From: Anthoceros angustus
Lineage: Eukaryota; Plantae; Anthocerotophyta
DNA: 64,000 nucleotides
Direction: 5' to 3'
Assembly: GCA_010909165.1 (NCBI GenBank)
Contig: MU008168.1
Location: 186,001 to 250,000 of the forward strand
The position numbers and the translations under genes were made by a program. Shown one piece after another: positions 12,600 through 25,560 of this stretch. How positions within the stretch are numbered: the first letter of the stretch is position 1; every line of letters begins with the position of its first letter. The notes under the pieces were generated by a model. The model saw only the letters and a list, made by a program, of their open reading frames with translations, did no database searches and was not told the DNA's origin.

Positions 12600-14420
12600 C
12601 CTTCTCGATCAACACAAAGGAGCAAGCTCTACTTAGGGGCTCTTTACACGCAGCCCTCAAAATGCTACTGCCGGGTTCATCCAAAAGTGGCACTTCATTC
12701 TTGTTGTTGGGCTCCATCTCTCCTGCTTCTTCAAGGACGACCTTTGTGGCTTTCACCAAGCTTGCACGAAGGACAACCGGACTCCAGTTTTCCCTTGTTC
12801 AAGAGCTCATAAACACCGGGACACTTGAATAGTTTCCTTCAACTCGGTTCCCTTGGGAAGAGCATCACTGCTCCAACAAAATCAAGTGGAAGCGTAACTT
12901 GTGAACCCCCGATGCACTTCGGGACGTAGAAGTTCACGTGTTCATCATTGTCGCCCCTCACCGCCACCACGTAGTTGTCTCCGGCTCCACCGGCATCGGG
13001 GTCCACCGGCTCGCAACCACCTCGACTTTGTCGGTCGCTTTGTCTTAGTCGATTGCCTTGACTTCCGTTTGGACCCCCTGGTCTGGACTTTCTCTCCACT
13101 CGCACTGACCGCTGTTATAGATTGCGCAGGGGTAGCCTGATTTGGTTCTGACGACTGTGCTGGTGTGACATCCGGACGTATCACCGTCTCTACCTCAGGT
13201 GTTTCTTTCTCCAGCTCTGGTGACTTCGTGCCCACTACCAGTGATCCTTTTTCCACCTCACGTGCTGGCTGCACTTCACCCGCCGCTTGATCATGCACAA
13301 CTCCACACATGGTGGTGGCGATACATGCTAGTGCATCCATCCAGCTCATGGTGTGCCAAGGCTACTGGGTGGCATGGTGTTGATACCATGCAACCGCACC
13401 TCAACTCTTGGGAAGTCCTGGGGTTCTGGAAGAGCTTGTGGGTTCTGCGCCTGACTGTCCTCCTGATCATGTGTGCCCTGCAAGGCATCTGCAGATTCCA
13501 AAGCTTCCATGGCCTCCACCACGTCCCGGGGTAAGTTTGGAGGTGTGTCATTTGTCTGCAGCTCCTCCAACTCATCACACCTCCTAGCACCAGCCTGCTC
13601 TCCCACTTCAGTGGTCTGTCCACTTGCATGCTTAGTTGCCCGGACTTGCACCTCCACTCGCTTCGGCTGTATGAGGGTAGCAATCAAATCCTCCTTTCAT
13701 CCGGGCAGCACAATACAAATGGAGCCGGGAGCCCAACCAATTCTCCGTGCCTCGGAAAATAATTTTGCGTGTTCCTTATAGGAACACGCCGAGATCCACT
13801 AGATAGTAGTGGCAGCTTCTCATAACATGCTGCACAAATGACAAAAGGAATATTGTTGTCAAGATCCAACCTGAAGGAGCATAATGTCAACGGGCTTACC
13901 AACTTGGGAGCATAATGAATTAGCCTGCACAAACAGAGATACCTGGAGAAGCGGCCGGTGGGATCTCCTGTCGCACCCGACGTTGTACTTTGTCCAGCTG
14001 TGTGAGGAAGTGATCTGGATCTTTGAGGAGGTTCAGGAACTCAGACTCCCATTCCTTAACCTGTTCAGTAACCCAATCGCTCATTGTGGGTACTACCTGC
14101 AGTTTCCAGCCTTTTGCTCTCATCCATCGGGGGTCAACTTCCAGCATACAATCTTCTAGTGCACAAGTGTTTGTCCCTTGCAGATGCTGAAACAAGCATG
14201 GCTCGTGGTACATGTGCCCACAAGACAACATGATCCGCTCACAAACCCAAACCACCGCGTGAATGAAACATCGAGATAGGAAAAGACTCGTGAGGCAAAG
14301 ATGAAAACCAAGTTCACAATGTGGATGCAAGAACCACAAACACTCTGGCTCGGCATCCTGGTATTACTGAACAAATAGGGCGGCACGTAGATGGTTGGTG
14401 CACTCTTCCTTTCCAACGGC
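12600..14420 (-). pseudogene. RING-finger protein fused to a domain paralogous to the transposase C-terminus (frameshifted)
   Basis: VCGSC (~14330) ... IMLSCGHMYHEPC ... TCALEDC is RING-H2-like. A second ICAACY Cys pair follows, then an acidic linker, then GDNYVVAVRGDNDEHVNFYVPKC...SLVKATKVVL, which resembles GDNFVVPADTKDEGSTFYLVKC...CVQTCKFAL of the transposase. Confidence 0.55.
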
Positions 14421-15024
14421 GCAAGAACCCACCGGTGCCCTTACCTTGGGACTGCTCAACCACTTCTTCTGACGCTGAATGCACTCCAACTCCGCGCAAT
14501 CGGTCCCACGGCCTAGCGCTTTCATGCTCATACCTTTGATGTCTCCCGAGCTAGCTCCTCCACCTTTGACAATGGACCTTTTCAAGACCATACAACCCTT
14601 GCAGCTTGGGTCCCTAAGTGATTCACCAATGCACGCTGTTCGAAGATCGTGTATCCTCCACCGCAGCTTGGATCACCCGATCCAAATCTTCCATCTCTTG
14701 TAGGCTTTACGAATGTCAAATGCAACCTCCCTAATCGTTGCTTCTCCTCCTTAGGAGGCCTCTCCAGGCGCCCGTCACCCCAACGCGATTGCAATTATCA
14801 CCTCCTCTGCTCCACGAGCTAGGCGTTCAGTAAGAAGCTCTTGCAGTTCGGTGTTTTGAGCCGAGATTCCTTCACCTGTTACAGACACAACTTTGGGTTA
14901 CATGGGGTGACATAGTGCTCACTATACCCACAAACCACATGACAATTGTAACACATGAGCACGACAAGTGTGCCATGTGCCACAGATGGGCTTGCCATGT
15001 GCCCTCGCTTGTCACTGTTGGTGA

Positions 15025-16930
15025 ACAATAGATCACCAAAGCTGGTCAAGTTGCCAAATCGAGTGACAGAGGCGTGCCTAGTGACACAGTGTCACTAGCA
15101 AGCCTCGTGTCACTCAAACCGAGATGACGCAAATCGCCTTGTGGGGGAGTGACAAAAGGTGTGCACCAAAATTGAGCAAGCAATGATCATTGACCATGAA
15201 TTCTATGCATCATTCAAGCATACATGACAACTAAACCACTTCCAACAATGGAACAAAAGCTGAATGTGGACTTACCACTGTGGTTGCCGATCGTGGGACA
15301 CACCTCACCACCTCAAGGTCCGCTTGTGTGGACCTCCTTCGCCAAGCAATCCAAAGATCCTTGCCTTCGAAACGCTTTTTCTTCCTGCTTTTTGGCAAGC
15401 CTCGATGCCCTCAATCGTTATTTTGTACGCTCCAATTCACTCGAACACCCTCCAGCTTCTCCATTAAGATCCCAAGGCACATCACCGGGAACCTTCTTCT
15501 CACCCAAGGAGGGCCTCATGTCAGAGATATTGTGGACAAGGTCGCCCACCCTTCTCCATTCCTCATCGCCGCTTTATCTGCTTGCTTCCAAATGTATCCA
15601 TCGTTGGGAGATGGGGTTCCAAACCAAGATTCGATCACCCCTTTCCTCCAATCTTGTCTCGCAAAGCTCCCTGTGATCTTGTCCCCGACATTGCATCCAT
15701 CATGCCGTATGTTCCCTCGTCATCCTTCCATGTCCAAGTTGTGAGAGGTCGCTTGGGTGATCCCCAAATGGCATCAATCTTGCTCCCCGCCTAGCGCTGC
15801 TCCATCCCCGCTTGCTCCTTCGCCACCTCCAGTGGTTGATCTCCGTGAGTGTGCCGCAAGATGACCATGGTCGAGGTGTTCCTCTTGTACATCTCCACTA
15901 CCAAGATTCTCCCCACTCCTCATCCTCGGATTCATGGATGGAGGAGTCATCCGTCTGCCTCCGCAAAACCTCAGATCACCAAAGCTGGTCAAGTTGCCAA
16001 ATCGAGTGACACTGAGGCAGGCCTAGTGACACAGAGTGTCACTAGCCAAGCCTCAGTGTCACTCAAAACCGAGACAGACGCAAATCCCGTTCACAGGGGC
16101 ATGCCGAGTGACAGTGTGTGCACCAAAATTGAGCAAGCAGTTGATCATTGACCATGAATTCTATGCATCATTCAAGCATACATGACAACTAAACCACTTC
16201 CATGAACAAAAGTCGAATGTGGACTTACCACTGTGGTTGCCGATCGTGTCACCTCCACCTCAAGGTCCGCTTGTGGACCTCCTTCGCCAAGCAATCCAAA
16301 GATCCTTGCCTTCGAAACGTTTTTCTTCCCGTTTTTTGGCAAGCCTCTCGATGCCCTCAACTGCTGTTATTTTGTACTGCTCCAATTCACTCGAACACCC
16401 TCCAGCTTCTCCATTAAGATCCCAAGGCACATCAGCCGGGGAACCTTCTTCTCACCCAAGGAGGGCCTCATGCTGTAGATATTGTGGACAAGGTTGTCCA
16501 CCCTTCTCCATTCCTCATCGCTCAGTTTATCTGTTTGCTTCCAAATGTATCCATCGTTGGGAGATGGGGTTCCAAACCAAGATTCGATCACCCCTTTCCT
16601 CCAATCTTGTCTCGCAAAGCTCCCTGTGATCTTGTCCCCGACATTGCATCCATCATGCCGTATGTTCCCTCGTCATCCTTCCATGTCCAAGTCGAGAGAG
16701 GTCGTTTGGGTGATCCCCAAATGGCGTCAATCTTGCTCCCCCGCCTAGCACCGTCCATCCCCGCTTGCTCCTTCGCCACCTCCAGTGGTTGATCTCCGTG
16801 AGTGTCTTTGCGGATGACCATGGTCGAGGTGTTCCTCTTGTACATCTCCACTACCAGCACTCTCCCCAGACTCCTCATCCTCGGATTCATGGATGGAGGA
16901 GTCATCTGTCTGCCTCCTGCAAAACCCCAG
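15025..16930. repeat. Direct tandem duplication, ~943 bp x2 (unidentified TE-like sequence)
   Basis: AGATCACCAAAGCTGGTCAAGTTGCCAAATCGAGTGAC occurs near 15030 and 15973. The duplicated ORFs 15224-15676 and 16219-16629 share the same C-terminus. Confidence 0.9.
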
Positions 16931-16984
16931 TAGATCAGCCAGCTAGTTAGAAGCTCCCTTAGCTAGACAGCAATCCAAGGAAGT

Positions 16985-17490
16985 TGCCTGCGAGCCCTTT
17001 AACTTGATCCTTGTCCCCTGCTGAACAGTCTTCTCACAGAGCCCGTCACCCTTCATTGTGGATGTGCTTCTGCACTTGTATGCAAATCATGAACAGCAAA
17101 CCACACACAACACAAAACGACTGTACATGGGCAATGGCACAACACACCACAGACAAAGCCACACACTCACGAGACAAAGACACACAAAGACACACACAAC
17201 TAGATGTAACTCAAGCATACCATCGGTAGTGGTCACAAAGAATCCAAGGAAGTTGCACAGCCCTTTAACTTGATCCTTGTCCCCTGCAGCCTTCTCAGAG
17301 CCTGTCACCCTTCATTGTGGATGCTTACCTTGTATGCAAATCATGAACAAAGAAACCACACACAACACAAAACGCACTGGTACATGGGCAATGGCACAAC
17401 ACACCACACAGACAAAGCCACACACTACAGAGACAAAGACACACACAAAGACACACACAACCCGCATGCAACCTGCACATACCACTGGTA
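16985..17490. repeat. Direct tandem duplication, ~266 bp x2, CA-rich
   Basis: AGCCCTTTAACTTGATCCTTGTCCCCTGC occurs near 16993 and 17259. Confidence 0.85.
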
Positions 17491-19239
17491 GTGGTCACTA
17501 CCAGCAAATTAAGCAGGGTTTCAATGTTGCCTAACAACGTCCATGGCTCTTTCAACAATGGAAGGCTCCAAAAATGGCTGGTCCATGGCTCCAAAAATGG
17601 CACGTCCATGGCTCTTTCAACAATGGCTCGTCCTTTTTGCCACCGTCGCGGAAGAAGGAACCGAGGTGGGGGAAGCCACCGACAGGAGTACCGCAGTTGG
17701 AGCGGCAGTCCTCAAAACTCAAACAGCCCGCCCGTAATTGTCCACCAAGGAGAGGGTAAGGACCTCTATATCGGCGCGGCGCAGGCGTCTGGATGAGGAT
17801 GCTCATGTCCCCGCTCGCATGGTGAGCGGGTGCTCACTCTAAATGTGTATGTGGTTATTGGGACAGAGGCGTAAACTATTGGCTGCACATCTTGGCCGCC
17901 AAAGTGCCATGGTTCTTCCGAACGGAGCGGGGCCTACCCCAAGTGGTGATCGAGGAAATGAGCGAAGCGGAGGCCAGGGCGTGGAGGGAGGAGCACACGG
18001 TGTGGCTGTCCAGCGATGAAGAGCGGAATAACAGGCATAGGGCCTATAGACGCGCGACGCCCATGGGAAGACGCGAAGAAACTGCGGGCAGTGACAGCGA
18101 GGTGGAGGTTTTGGGGGAGAATCGCTCGGATCAGAGGCGTGGCCGGAGAGCGAGAGCGAAGGAAACCCCACCTACCGCAGTAGTTAAAGAACCATGACGC
18201 GGCTAATTGAGGAGCACACATTGCAGGCCAAGAGTTCCTTTTTGGGTTAGAGGATGGGGTGTTTTGAGGGTCTGCGGAGCTGTAGTTACCGGAATTGGTA
18301 GGAGCGTCCGTCGTAGTCACTGGGAGGAGTGAGCTATGGAGATCCACAGCTGAATGTATAAGAGACCCTTGAGTGTCTCTCTTAACAGACAATTTCAGGT
18401 GTGAACTTCCGTGTGTTGAAGCTATGCGCGAGGTTGGTTGGAGACGTCGATCAAGATCAAACTCGCTCGATGCACCGCCTTACAAGAAGGCCGGAAGATC
18501 CCCGGATGGTCGAGAGTGAGTGGCCAAGCTCCACGCCTGGGTGACGGAAGGTAATCGCGACGGAAAAGAGGTAGGAATTGCCGCGGAAGGCTGAGGCGGG
18601 ACTGCTGGAAGGCGAATCGCCCAAGCACTGTCCGGAGTTTTCTTTCCTGATCCTCTTTCCCAACTGCTGCCACCAGGCGTGTTTTATTCCATGAGAGGGG
18701 GTCTGTGTGGCCCAAGGAGGGGTCTGTGTGGCCCGTGAGGAGAGGGAGAGAGGATTTATTAGGAAGAGAAAGGTCCCCGAAAGGGTAGATGAGTGCGCGC
18801 TGTGAGGGATTGTGAGTGCGTGTGGGGGAAAATCGGAAATGAGTAAGGGGAGTGGAAGTGTGCGGTGGAATCGCGGAAATTCCTGGAAGTGAAGTGAGGT
18901 GTATATAGGTGTGTGTATGTCCATAGCCCCAAGGTGCGCCAGAGAAGTGACAAATAGTCCTCGACAAAGCGGCGTGGCAGGGAGGGGACCCGCCACGTTG
19001 GTTGAACCCACCGCGGTGGCCGAGCCTTCCACGGTGGTGGGTTTGGGTAGGGTAGCCGGATAAGGTGGGGTAGTGATCGACGGGTAAGTCTAGAATCCAT
19101 AGTTTTAGAACATCTTGACACAAAACCATTCCCTTGGGATCGAATCCTAGGACTATAACGACATAGAGGGTAAATGTGGCCTCTTTGCGTCATCGGACGC
19201 AAAAACCCCATTCCACACCCGCCAAAAAGTCTAAGAAGT

Positions 19240-20640
19240 TGAGGCTGAGCATACAGGCCCCAAAGACTTACAAAGGCGAGCGTGACGTAGAGAAAATTAG
19301 TTCTTGGTTTTTCTCTTGAAGCGCATAATCACAATCATGGAGTGCAAGAAGATGAGTACGTGAAGCACGCCACTAATTTCTTAGAGGATTATGCTCTTAC
19401 TTGGTGGAGGACTTACGTTGAGAACGTAAGGCAAGGCAATCGCAGAGCCACAATCTTCACATGGGCATTTCAAGCAAGCGCACAACTCGCTTCCAACCCG
19501 CTAATGCCGAAGTTTGCCAAGGATGCTCGACAATGTCAAGCATACCGGAACTTTGCGAGTATGTGAGTGAGTTTAGCTCTATTGTCTTGCAATGTCCAGA
19601 GATGCATGAGCAGACAAACTCCACAAGTTTATCACCGCCTTAAGAGATGGGCTCAAAATAGGATAGCTTTGACTAATCCTCAAACACTGCAAGAGGCCAT
19701 GGCAGCAGCAGATGCCATACCGGATATGTTTATTCAAGAGGCACCGGTATCAAGAGGAAGATATCCTAGGTCTCAGGGTAGATCTAGAGGCAGAGGACGA
19801 GCTACCACCACTGTGAATAGTGGAACCAATGAGACTACTGGCAGAGGCCGAGCTAGAGGAGATAACAGGGGTCGTGGAAGACGACAAACAGTGCCTAGCT
19901 CAGGTGTGTGCTACAGTTGCGGAGAATAAGGACACCTTGCTAGGAATTGTCCACATGTTGGAACTCCCAACTTGAATTTGGTTGCTGCCAATCCACCTGT
20001 TCCAAGAGCCAGGATTCAAGAACTTCCCGAGGAGCCTGTGTGACGGGCCACATGTTGTGAAGACATGTGGTGAGTCATCTAGTGTCAAGGATGACACTAT
20101 AATGAGGAAAGGTGGAGACCTCATGTATATATGTGGGAAGATGAATGGCTTAGATGTAGAGTTGTTGTTGGATTCGCAACCACCCACAATTTTATAACTC
20201 CTAGTAAGGCAAGAGAGCTTGGTCTTGAATGGACTGAAACTTCCACGCCATATGGAATCAAGCAAGCTAAAGGGACTCTGCAATTTCTGGGCGAATTGCA
20301 TGGAGTAAAGCTGCAAGTTGAAGCATGGCAAGGAAATGTGAGTTTCACAGTCGTCGAGATGAATGACCATGATATCATCTTAGGCCTGGAGTGGATGAGA
20401 TCCAATGAAGTGTATATGGATGTTAAGTCTCGCACTATTGAGATATCCAAGAAGCACAAGGTGAGTTGTGCTAGTGTTAGCCGAAGCTTGAGACTCCATC
20501 AAGATGGTGATTTCAAAAGAGAGCTTAAGAAGGATCTCGTGAAAAGAAGGAGCTATACTTAGTTGTACTCCAAGGACTAGAGGATGGTCTGGAAGAAGAT
20601 TCCACAGAGGTGAAAGACATCCCAAAAGAAGTACAAGCTA
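19240..20640 (+). mobile_element. Ty3/gypsy retrotransposon remnant: gag, zinc knuckle and aspartic protease (degenerate; no RT/RNaseH/IN seen)
   Basis: PKDYKGERD...ATNFLEDYALTWWRTY; FITALRDGLK; PQTLQEAMAAA; CYSCGE*GHLARNCP; LLDS/ATHNFI across a frameshift; DHDIILGLEWM. Confidence 0.85.
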
Positions 20641-21017
20641 GCGAAGGCGGCAGGCGTGAAATTGATGGGCGGCCACTCGCGCGATAGTAGCATCGGCGCG
20701 CGCAGGCAGGCTCTACTCCCCATCTACGGCTGATTGAAGCCTTCGCGACCACGTGTGTGTGCGCCAAACTCGCGCAGTGCGGCGTTATGTGCATCCTGGT
20801 GCGCGCCAGTGTCCGCAGTACAATCGCGCGCTTGTGGCAGCACCGGTGCGCTTTGTCCGCAGCACCCTCGGTGCGCTTGTGGCGTGCACCTCCGTGCGCC
20901 AGGTCCGGCCGCCTGCTTGTCCTTGGTGTTTGATTGTGACATGCAGCCAAGGTCCGCTCCGAAGGCTCTGGATGATTGCTCGTTACATCGGGTTATCACC
21001 GAGGCGTGATTCTTCCT

Positions 21018-21416
21018 AGTGGGGAGGAAGTAACAAAAGGCAGCTTGAGTGCTTTTTGTAAGAAAGCTCCATGCAGAGGCATGTTTAGAAGAGCTTACTA
21101 AGAGCATGTTAAGCATGCAGCCCTAGGAAGTGTGGTAGTAAATAATAGCTTAAAGCTTAAGTAGTTACTAAGATTGTAGCTAGGGCTTGAGTATAAAAGG
21201 AGACCTCGCCCTGGGCTAAAGACTATTGAGTGGAGCCTTGAGAGCACTTGATGCTTGGGCTATGCCTTGAGAGCACTTGTTGCACAATAAGCACGAAGAG
21301 TCTTTGAAGAGGAGCTTTGTGGAGGAGGTCAAGGAAGAGAGAGGTAAGCTCCTAGCTTAGGCAAAGATGGGAGTTCTCTCTAGCCCTCCATCAGATTATT
21401 CTTGTTGGCTGAAACA
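21018..21416 (+). mobile_element. Polypurine tract followed by an LTR-like segment
   Basis: AGTGGGGAGGAAG at 21018-21030, TATAAAAGG at 21192, ending ...GCTGAAACA at 21416. No matching 5' LTR found in the window. Confidence 0.5.
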
Positions 21417-22019
21417 GTTTAAGAATAAAGAGCAGCGGCAAGGGTGCTGTCTGCGAGTCCTCCTAGAAGAGGAGGGCGGGCTACTTGGAGGCCTAGTGCT
21501 GCGTTTGGTGTTGATTTATTACCCTGGTTTTTGCTTCTAACTGCGTGGTTTTCCCCACCCCGTTGAGGGGGTGTTACCGGGTATGTGTATGGTGCTATTT
21601 TTTCAAATATTAAAGAAAAGCGAACGAAAACCTTATAAAACCATCGCTGTACGTGTAAGCTTGAAAAGGCACATTCTGAAGCACGAAATGGAACGAACGA
21701 AGTTTCGGCCTGCAACTAGACTAGGCAGTCTCGCTCAACCCCATGACCTACCTATATTTGATTTGATTAGTGTTTTCACTTCGATTCTTCACCCCTGAGT
21801 GTTGCAGTCTCGGACCCTCAGTTGAGCACTCTCGCTGCAGCTTGGGAGCCGAAGTAACTACGGGAATCCATGTCCGCAGTACGCCCATCTGTGCACATCT
21901 AGGGTCTGTCGAAGCCGATGAGGATGTTGATCAGGCGGGAGCAGCATATTGCCGTGGACAGGAGTTGATTGGGTTATAGGATTTGAGTATAGCGAGAGAG
22001 CTTGATTGTAGTGCTAGAT

Positions 22020-23454
22020 ATGGGCAATCTTTTTGCCAAGAAGAAGCCCAAAGTGACGGATGTGGACAGGGCCATTCTCACGCTCAAGACCCAGCGACGG
22101 AAGCTCTCAGAGTATCAGAAGCAGGTAGGGGGATCAGGATTTTGGCCCGTGATTTGGCACAGAAGGCAGTGAATTCTAACCTGGCTCGAGTTTCCCTGTC
22201 AGTTGGAAGTCGTGATTCAGCGGGAGAAGGAAGTGGCCCTGTTGTTGGTTAGGGAGAATAGGAAAGACAGGGCGCTGCTTGCCTTGAAGAAAAAGAAGGC
22301 TCAGGAAGAATTGCTCAAAAAAGTTGATGTATGGGTTCTGAACGTCGAGCAGCAGGTGGGGTCATCCTCAGCTTCAATTGAAACCTTCTCTGTGCCCGGA
22401 TTTCAATCGTAAAAGCAAGCTCTGTCTCTTCACTTCGAGGTGCATGTTGTGTGATCCGGTCAGCTGTAACATGGATGCAATTGCTTTCTGTAGCTGAGCG
22501 ACATCGAGATAGCCACCAAGCAAAAAGCGGTATTTGAGAGTCTCAAAGTGGGCCATAAGTCTTTAAAAGAGCTTCAGGATGAAATCAACATTGAGGACGT
22601 GCAAAAGCTCATGGATGATACCGCAGAAGCGAAGGCCTACCAGGATGTAAGACATCATCACACAAGTGTTCCTACTTATTCAGCTTGGTGTCTGGAGAAG
22701 GATCTCTTGAAGCACATTAATCTCTGCCAGTTTGTATACCCTCGTGCTTGCCAAATGCATGTTTTCCAGCAGGATCACCTTGTCAGGTAACCTAATGATG
22801 TTTTGCAGGCTCTCAATGAGGTTCTCGGACAACAATTGACTGCAGAAGACGAAGAAGAGGTTTTGGCAGAGTTTGAACAACTTGAAAGTCAAGTATGTGC
22901 TTCCTTTCCAATAAGCTGTTGTGCTGTCATGCCCTGCTCGTAATGAAAATGTGCCCGCCTGTTTATTTGCGCATTGCTCCTATATAAAACGTTCGTTTTG
23001 CAGATGGAGCTTGAGGAGTTCCCTGAAGTGCCAGTATCAGAGTTGCCACCGGTTACAGACATACCAGTACGTGAGCAGGATACTGTACCAACCAGGATAG
23101 CGATTGCTGAAGAGGCAGAACCACCCAGGAGGAGACAACAGACACGCATAGATGGAGAGACGCCAGAGGCAAGTAGTTTGCCAAGGCGAGATGAAAATCT
23201 AAACTCCATGAAGAGAAAGATAGAGTTGACAGAAGGTGTGGATCTTGAGGAGGAACTAGATTTACCAAGCGTGCCCACCAAACCGCTTGTTGTGCACGAG
23301 GACTCAAATGAAGATTTGAAAGAGATTGTCCCTGAAGCACGCAAAAAAAGAGGTGAGGCTTTGTTTGGTTAACATTTTTGGAGGTTATTAGCAACCCGTT
23401 TGCAAATATGGTGACCCGTTGTTTTGTGTCCATGCAGAGGTCATCCTAGTGTAA
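22020..23454 (+). CDS. VPS20: ESCRT-III subunit VPS20/CHMP6 (Snf7 family), 5-6 exons
   Basis: Exons 22020-22124, 22203-22355, 22494-22646, 22809-22892, 23004-23350 and a likely last exon 23438-23454, all with GT-AG introns in frame. Translation: [29 protein letters not shown]...[15 protein letters not shown]...[17 protein letters not shown]-terminal Gly2 fits a myristoylation site. Confidence 0.92.
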
Positions 23455-24079
23455 TTGTAAACCAGATACTTGTGGTACAGCCAAATTCTTTGCAGTGGAC
23501 GAGGAGACTCTGTTCTCCATGATGATCGAAGGTGCCCATGATACACATCCCACTGACTTTGTACTCTGAAAGGAGTGAAGTGGGTGCAAGAGGAACTTTC
23601 ATAGACGTTTTCAAACTCCTCTGCTCCAAGGGGTCCTCCCCACTTAGTGGTAGGACTGCAAGTTGACTATTTATTTCTTGCGCCAGAAGACTCTTGCCCA
23701 AGTCACCTGCAAGTGCTTTCCAAGAAAAACGTGGCCGGTAGTCATCGTAAGTCTTATTTTGCTTCGATGGTTTGCTCCTTTTCCGTTGGTCGTGATTCCT
23801 GCATTTCCTTTGGACGTGATTCCTTTCCCGAAGAAGGACCTGCCCATCTTTGTTTCACCCCTTTTCGTCTTACCTTCTTTCTTCCCCTCCCCTGCAGCTC
23901 CTGTGAGATGCTATTTAGTTCGACCATTCTGCTTAAAAGCAGGCTTTGGGCTTTTCTGATGCTTTCCTTGGGACTTTGATTTTCGTTGGTTGCCTGTCCT
24001 CTGGAATCTCGTCTTCCTCACTGCTGGCTTTATTTTTTCTCTTCAAAGTCACTACCATCTGTCAACAATTTCGTCCTAG

Positions 24080-24865
24080 TCCTGTGCTAGAGTCGAACTT
24101 GGTTTGCTCGCGATGGCTTCCTCCCCGCTCCAAGTATGCCGTGCGCCAAGCTCGTAATAAGAAAAACTGCAAAACCAGGCTAGAGCAACAAGTAGGGAGT
24201 CAATGTATAGGGCACATTTACAATGACAACCGCAGAACAGTGTAATCGAAGAAATAGTAATAGTCTTTCAAAGGTCCTTGAAGAGCCACCACCAGTGTAT
24301 CTCAGTTTCTTCATCTTCTTCAAACTCACGCAGGGAGGTGTCATCTCCAGCAGAAACTTGTAGAATTCTGGGTCCTGCAATCAGCCAGTGATAAACATGT
24401 TGCAACCTCTTGACTGATTAGAGCGATAACAAGGCAACCTTGTGAAATATGTCACCTTCTGTTTCAGAGTTTCTCCAGTTCCATCTTGTGTTTCTTGACT
24501 TCTGACCTCAGCTTTTTGTTCAGTGCACCCAGACGCCAGGTAGCGAGTACACGGCATCAGACAGTGGAGATTGTTTCTCGTGGCATTCTTCCGGAGAGCC
24601 AAGGAAGGTTCATACTTTGTTTTAACGTCACCTGCACCTCCTACAAGCGATTCAGACAACCGCTCCAGCTATCGCCCATCTGCAAACAATGCGACGCCCC
24701 CACACGTGAGAAAACAAACGGCTTGCCTCGTCTAACCAGTACTCGCAACAATTCTTACCTGCAGCATTCTGTTTCCGTCATCGGCTCCAGCTTGCGCCGA
24801 ATAGCCAGAACTGATCCCAGCTGTTTCTTGATGAATTTCTTCATGCTTTTAGCGGCCTTCCCCAG
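24080..24865 (-). pseudogene. NOC2: NOC2 (nucleolar complex protein 2)-like 5' fragment
   Basis: LGKAAKSMKKFIKKQLGSVLAIRRKL aligns to the NOC2 N-terminus. Further exons give EVKKHKMELEKL, DPEFYKFLLE and LLRAWRTA. CTG stands at the start position, there is a frameshift after FLLE, and the rest of the gene is missing. Confidence 0.65.
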
Positions 24866-24949
24866 TTGGAACACACCGGGTTTCACTGCTGGTGCACAAG
24901 CCGGAGCAAAGCCTGTGGCTGCCGCGCTACTGGATTGGCAATCCGTTGC

Positions 24950-25560
24950 TCGGCAGATGGCAGCAGGTCATCTACCCGAGTATCAAGTACGCTAGAGACG
25001 CCAGTTGTGCATGCCCTGATTTTGAAGGACGACCCGAAGGGCTTCAAAATCCTCAGATTTGCAGTGCGTTGCGGCTCGCTCTGCACGACTCGCCTCTACC
25101 ATTCTTGTGTGTGCCGGTGGAAGCCAGGAGCTACTCTGAGGATATCTGAAGGTGACATTCTTTTGTCAAATGCTACCTCAGTATGCAAAGGTACCGTGTA
25201 CTTCCTGCGTCCCGTCCGGAGCAACAACCACGTCTGAATTGTCGCCTACATGGTGGAGCTGGATCGGTTTAAGGTCATCTTGCCTGCCGTCTCAACCCCT
25301 GCGGAAGCGGATGATTGCTGGCCATGGCTTACTCTCATTGTTGATGACGCTGTGCACTGCCATGACGGTCATATGGCTCTAGCTCTGTCAGTTTGGGGAA
25401 CTCGAAGACTGGCTGGTCGAGGCAGCCGCGTGCCCCGATTTTGCAGCCAGTGCCATCTTACGACATTCATACATATTCGCAGAGCAGGCAGGTCTTGAAA
25501 CAGTCCAGATCCTGTCGACAAAAATGACATGAGCCAACGCCAGAAGATTGAACCGGCGGA
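24950..25560 (+). pseudogene. Probable F-box-associated beta-propeller remnant
   Basis: SVCKGTVYFL...*IVAYMVELDRFKVILP...WPWLTLIV resembles plant F-box interaction domains; in-frame stops are present. Confidence 0.35.

Noticed and set aside
4000-14800. Endogenous giant-virus or Polinton insertion (MTase, RING, repeat genes)
   Set aside because: No capsid, packaging ATPase, PolB or primase-helicase motifs seen; a transposase explains the region better.
15140-15240. PHD-finger-like text (SCHVCL...ACSILVH) in the 943-bp repeat
   Set aside because: Cys/His spacing is incomplete in both copies.
19125-19160. tRNA-like or PBS-like GGGATCGAATCC
   Set aside because: No cloverleaf and no TGG-initiated primer site. 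No tRNA or rRNA genes were recognised anywhere in the window.
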